Shown piece after piece: positions 23,880 through 27,877 of a DNA stretch of 27,877 bases. The number at the start of each line of letters is the position of its first letter. The stretch's first letter is position 1. The stretch covers positions 1 through 27,877 of IMG/VR virus record IMGVR_UViG_3300044228_003731, one strand, 5' to 3'. The notes below the pieces were generated by a model, which did no database searches, was not told where the DNA came from, and worked only from the letters and a program-made list of their open reading frames with translations. The position numbers and the translations under genes are program-made. Origin of the DNA: a virus (Duplodnaviria; Caudoviricetes).

Positions 23880-24182
23880 CTATCCTATTGTTACTGTTAC
23901 CGATCCTAACCCACTTGTGGCAGAATTACTAGCGCAATGTGGTCGGTCCACCTTACTTATCTTAACAAATCCGTCAACTTCAAACAAGGCGCCGTTCTCT
24001 AAATCTTTATCATTACCCGATGGTAAATTAGTAAAAGTAAGTTTCGTGGCTCGTGATTCGCCGGGATTACGCTGTTGTTCTACAAACAAAGCAAACGATC
24101 TTACTATGTCAGAGAAGTAACTCGGATCATATTGCTGTGGCGGATAAGGAAAAAACGGGGCCGGTATATTACGTGTGCTCAT
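23880..24182 (-). CDS. Putative virion structural protein
   Basis: 100 aa; TAATG coupling; P.P..YD...F motif; located after the tail protein. Confidence 0.65.
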   Translation of the reverse strand: MSTRNIPAPFFPYPPQQYDPSYFSDIVRSFALFVEQQRNPGESRATKLTFTNLPSGNDKDLENGALFEVDGFVKISKVDRPHCASNSATSGLGSVTVTIG

Positions 24183-26518
24183 TATCTTCGTCCATCTGGT
24201 CTTACATCAAGTCTCGGTGTGCCTAGCCTCCACATAACACCAGTAACGTCACTTTCAACCCGAAAAGCAAAAGATCGACCGCGTAACCGTACATGAAGCT
24301 GCTCTGTAAACAACTCTACAGGTGTTGACACAGACTGCGCTACCTGATTACTTGACGTTTCGTTAAACGTGACCCCCGGAAAATTACGGGTTTTTACAAC
24401 CATATTGACTCGTGGTGTTTCATTTGTACTGTCTCTAAACGTAATGTCGGGCAGAACACGACGAACTAGTGTAAATTTTTCGCCATCGCCTATGTCTATT
24501 TGGCTTGACTCGACATTGGCAGAAATAGCTGAAGGAGGATTAGTGCTACCGTCATCCTGCCCAAACTCGTGGTAATATAATTTATTATCTGTGCTCGCGG
24601 CTATCGGATACTGGTTAATACCTCTGTCCACCCATGCTGTACGCTCTAATGTGCCAAAGTACCAGAGCTTCTCCTGATAATTATATATAACATATCTGTC
24701 ATTTGTTGTGCTGTTCTTTGATGGATAGAACCACCATACCTCACCATACGAACTATTATGCCCCGAATATACCTTACCTATCTGGTCCCGATTAAAATCA
24801 CTAAACACATAATCCAACACGGTGCAGGGTAGGCGTTGCACGGTACCACCGTATACATAGAACTCTTTTGAGCCCATCCAGAATACAAAGTCATTCACAG
24901 CAACAGCCGCGTTTGGCCCGGCTATTGTAATATTTCGTGATATCTCCGTTAGACCAAAAGTAAAAGGTGGCCCCAAGAACTGCATACCATGAAGCGATAC
25001 ATCGGTATATACGAGTATTTGTTGCTTGGTTTGTATAGCTACCACAATCTCCGAACCCGTAGATATCCGAAGCTCTCCCGCTGTGTTTGTAGGTAATGTC
25101 TGAAAATCAATTAAACTTTCTTGCGAGCCAAAACGTATGAGTAGTGGGTCCTGTGTGCCAATAGAGGACTCGCCGTCACAACCAAAGGCTATAACATGAC
25201 GGTCTTGGTCCGATACCATAATCTGTTTGGCAACTGTGGGAGCAAGATTAGACCCTGATAATGAAGAAAGGGCCACGGCCCGTGTTGAGGTACCCGCTGT
25301 TCTATCCCAATAAAATATACCACCATTTTTAATGTTTAATAATAAGTCTTCCCCAAAGTTATCATGCGTCCAGTTTGTTAAGACAGCACCCGATATTGTG
25401 CCCTCTGCCGGCATACCCCAACCAAAAGCCGCTTCTATTACAGCATCATTGTCCGCATGAGTTGCCGCTGTTGTACTAAGCGAGCCCCGTATCAAACCTG
25501 TAAAGGTGGTAGAGGTCTTGCCTGTGTATTCAATAATCTCGTCGTTTATCTTGATATAACCGGTGGATGTAAAGTTGGCCGCTGAGTCTACTGTCACAGT
25601 AGTAGCTGTTGCGGATAAGCCACTACCATCATTTATCAAAGTTACTGTGTCGTCGGCTGCTGTTGCGTTGCCCAAGACTAATCGCACAAGCGCACCATTA
25701 GAATGAACCGCTGCTGTTGTACCACCATGTCCTCGTGTCACAGTCAGTGTATTGCTTGATATACCACTAATCAGCATGAGCTCGCCACCAACATCTATTA
25801 CGTCAGAGGTAGACATACCCGTGGCACTTGTAACATCCACACCTGTTTCCGACGCATCAAGCTCTTCGTTTAGTGTTGTTGTAATTTCATTAGTATCCAC
25901 ACCGTTCCACACACCGGCACCCCAACCTGTACCAAAAAAGTTTGTATCGAGGCCCGTGTTTACCTGATAAGCGCCTATAGTAGAACTACCTCCATTTCCT
26001 GAGTCCGATCCACTAGCGGTAACAGTGACTGAGATAGTGTAGCTGTTATTGTTTACAATTCCAGTTATTTGATGTTCAGCATTTAATATTGCTGCCGTTA
26101 CATTACCCCCCAACGATGCAGCGGCAGAAAACGTGACAAAATCATTAAGATTAGCACCGTGATCCGTATCGGTTATGGTAATAACAGAACTACCGTTAGT
26201 AGCAGCAAAGGTAACATCCCCCGCACCGGTTGTAGAACGCACAGGCGTGACATCGTTGTACTGCCCACCGTCTGCTATATAGTATTTAAGATTTGTGCCT
26301 ATACCTAAAAACTTTGTAGCATCCAAAGCAACCCAACTGAACAAGGCACGACAAGTGCCCAAGAAGGTATTGTCACTGTACGTGGACCACCCGCCTATCT
26401 TTTCTACGTTACCAAAGCGAAAGCGTATTTTATCGCCATTAAACCACCCGCCTTCATTAGAATACGATGTTGATTCTCTGTTGATACCGGGTTTAAATTT
26501 AAGTGCCGTTAAGGGCAT
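24182..26518 (-). CDS. Tail stabilisation / nozzle protein (P22 gp10-like beta-propeller) with inserted beta domains
   Basis: KPGINRE...EGGW...RFR.G..EKIGGW N-terminus; FWMG, EVWWFYP, RYVIYNY, RTAW motifs; C-terminal WRLG..RLD..PDGRR. Confidence 0.75.
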   Translation of the reverse strand: MPLTALKFKPGINRESTSYSNEGGWFNGDKIRFRFGNVEKIGGWSTYSDNTFLGTCRALFSWVALDATKFLGIGTNLKYYIADGGQYNDVTPVRSTTGAGDVTFAATNGSSVITITDTDHGANLNDFVTFSAAASLGGNVTAAILNAEHQITGIVNNNSYTISVTVTASGSDSGNGGSSTIGAYQVNTGLDTNFFGTGWGAGVWNGVDTNEITTTLNEELDASETGVDVTSATGMSTSDVIDVGGELMLISGISSNTLTVTRGHGGTTAAVHSNGALVRLVLGNATAADDTVTLINDGSGLSATATTVTVDSAANFTSTGYIKINDEIIEYTGKTSTTFTGLIRGSLSTTAATHADNDAVIEAAFGWGMPAEGTISGAVLTNWTHDNFGEDLLLNIKNGGIFYWDRTAGTSTRAVALSSLSGSNLAPTVAKQIMVSDQDRHVIAFGCDGESSIGTQDPLLIRFGSQESLIDFQTLPTNTAGELRISTGSEIVVAIQTKQQILVYTDVSLHGMQFLGPPFTFGLTEISRNITIAGPNAAVAVNDFVFWMGSKEFYVYGGTVQRLPCTVLDYVFSDFNRDQIGKVYSGHNSSYGEVWWFYPSKNSTTNDRYVIYNYQEKLWYFGTLERTAWVDRGINQYPIAASTDNKLYYHEFGQDDGSTNPPSAISANVESSQIDIGDGEKFTLVRRVLPDITFRDSTNETPRVNMVVKTRNFPGVTFNETSSNQVAQSVSTPVELFTEQLHVRLRGRSFAFRVESDVTGVMWRLGTPRLDVRPDGRR

Positions 26519-26527
26519 ACTATTCTC

Positions 26528-27697
26528 TTATGTTTTAATAATGTAGTTTAAGATTATTGTAGGCTGTACGTTATTGTGTGCAGACCCACTACCTGCGCTA
26601 CCTGTGGTTCCGCTAATTGAGACTGATATAGAGTTGCTTGATGAGCTTGCACCACTACCTCCTCGATTAACACCTAAGCCATCATTCAAAAACGTCATAG
26701 CCGTAATACTGTCTGTATCACTAAAGCTGTGCGTGTGCGATGCTAACTGAGCTGTTGTCAAGGTATGTGTCTCAGAACCCCCTGTGCCTCCCAACGTATC
26801 ACCGTTAAGACCGCCAGTTTGATCGGTAAGTCTGTCTGCTGAGGAACCGCCCATGTCATCTTGACCGGCTATAACCCTACCTCGTAAATCCGGCAGGTTA
26901 AACGTTGATGACCCATCACCTGAACCGTAGGTTGTGCTTATTGCAGAAAAAAGAGTTGCATAGGTAGATCGTGAGACAGCCTGTCCGTGACACAATAAAA
27001 ATCCTGTAGGGGCAGAAGCGCCTGCAAAAGGCATCAATGCACCGGAGGGCACAATATTAGACTCATAACTAAAACTACCATCTCCATCAGACACAATGGC
27101 CTGACCAGAGGTGCCGTTTCCTGATATGTTTATCGCTGCTGCTCCAATAGAATTATCAGCCACAGCCGCAGCACCTATCGCATCGTCGGCTACCTTAGCG
27201 GCTGTCACCGCATCGTCGGCTATCTTAGCCGTAGTAATGGCGCTATCTGCAATAGTTGCAGTAAGAACACTAGCGTCGGCAGTGCCCGGTTTAATCTCTG
27301 TTACCGCTGCTCCAGAACCTGCACCATCTGCAAAAACTACAGCGTCACCTCCGTTAGCTATTGTTACAGTAGCTCCGGACCCTTGCTTTATAATAGCCGA
27401 TTGCCCCGAACTATTCTTTACAAAATATAGTTTATCAGCATTATTAGGCTCAATGGTAATCGTGTTTGTACCAGAGGGTGACCCTACTAGGACGAGCACT
27501 TTAAACATGCCGTCGGACAAGCTACCATCACTGGTAGTAAGCGTGTGTGTCGTGCCTGATAAGGTTATTGTACCGACACCATTTACAAGCCTGTCTATAA
27601 TATCAAAGTTATTATTTGTTGTGGTGCCCCAAGCACCGGCTTGTTCCCCAAGACCGATCTTTTCTATGCCACCATTATCTGTATATGTTGATCCCAT
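26528..27697 (-). CDS. Tail fibre protein with phage tail-collar domain
   Basis: Collar signature PSGALMPFAG..AP.GFLLC.GQAVSR.TY..LF.AI..TYG.GDG..TFNLPDLRGR; C-terminal HNNVQP...NYIIKT; N-terminal GE..G.WGTTTNNN. Confidence 0.9.
   Translation of the reverse strand: MGSTYTDNGGIEKIGLGEQAGAWGTTTNNNFDIIDRLVNGVGTITLSGTTHTLTTSDGSLSDGMFKVLVLVGSPSGTNTITIEPNNADKLYFVKNSSGQSAIIKQGSGATVTIANGGDAVVFADGAGSGAAVTEIKPGTADASVLTATIADSAITTAKIADDAVTAAKVADDAIGAAAVADNSIGAAAINISGNGTSGQAIVSDGDGSFSYESNIVPSGALMPFAGASAPTGFLLCHGQAVSRSTYATLFSAISTTYGSGDGSSTFNLPDLRGRVIAGQDDMGGSSADRLTDQTGGLNGDTLGGTGGSETHTLTTAQLASHTHSFSDTDSITAMTFLNDGLGVNRGGSGASSSSNSISVSISGTTGSAGSGSAHNNVQPTIILNYIIKT
27131..27253 (-). repeat. Decapeptide (30-bp) tandem repeats in the tail fibre shaft
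   Basis: IADSAITTAK-IADDAVTAAK-VADDAIGAAA-VADNSIGAAA; near-identical DNA at 27179-27199 and 27209-27229. Confidence 0.8.
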
Positions 27698-27707
27698 ATC
27701 TTACCTC

Positions 27708-27877
27708 TTATGCTACTTCTGTCCAAGTCTGCGAGACGCCCGTGGTTTTTTCTGTCCACGTTGGGCTGCTCGATGGCGTTATAGCCGTGTAAGACGTTCC
27801 CGGAGCAGGAATAATCTTACCCCATACTATAACAGATGTTAATGAAAGTGTAGCAGAAAATCCTGTTAAGGTCACGT
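27708..27877 (-). CDS. C-terminal end of a Thr/Ser-rich virion protein (truncated by window edge)
   Basis: Translated by hand: ...VTLTGFSATLSLTSVIVWGKIIPAPGTSYTAITPSSSPTWTEKTTGVSQTWTEVA*. Confidence 0.75.
   Translation of the reverse strand, partial: VTLTGFSATLSLTSVIVWGKIIPAPGTSYTAITPSSSPTWTEKTTGVSQTWTEVA

Larger units (their letters stand above)
1..27877. mobile_element. Tailed dsDNA phage genome segment (podovirus-like, probably marine)
   Basis: Contains TerS, a phage PolA, an AEP primase, SNF2 and UvrD helicases, a tail-collar fibre and large internal virion proteins. Genes are densely packed with TAATG/ATGA overlaps and no host housekeeping genes are present. Confidence 0.96.

Noticed and set aside
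14186-26546. Numerous 60-184 aa plus-strand ORFs opposite the structural genes
   Set aside because: Antisense shadows of long coding frames; no RBS, promoter or domain evidence.
27111-27842. 243-aa plus-strand ORF
   Set aside because: Antisense shadow of the Ala/Ser/Thr/Gly-rich tail fibre; no RBS or recognisable motif.

Overview
The whole window is part of a tailed dsDNA bacteriophage genome. It looks like a marine podovirus and its gene set resembles the HTVC023P/CRP-type alphaproteobacterial phages; host and taxonomy are inferred. Almost all genes are on the minus strand. From right to left: a tail and ejection-protein operon (tail-collar fibre, gp10-like tail protein, four internal virion proteins, small basic proteins); a lone plus-strand SNF2 helicase; a replication operon (SSB, AEP primase, UvrD-like helicase, DUF6378, Leu762-type PolA); an accessory region with a 52-aa ribbon-helix-helix regulator absent from the ORF track and several sigma70-like promoters; a 250-bp symmetric non-coding element (candidate origin or pac site); terminase small subunit; and a VRR-NUC nuclease. 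The most notable observations are: (1) two short promoter-to-terminator non-coding units carrying anti-Shine-Dalgarno sequences, one complementary to the RBS of the neighbouring gene (candidate phage sRNAs); (2) a shared operator-like motif over several -10 boxes; (3) repeated [MFY]xxGG motifs suggesting proteolytic processing of an ejection protein; (4) an overprinted ORF with two AT-hook motifs. No tRNA, rRNA, CRISPR array or integrase was seen. All family assignments are by motif recognition only; no searches were run.
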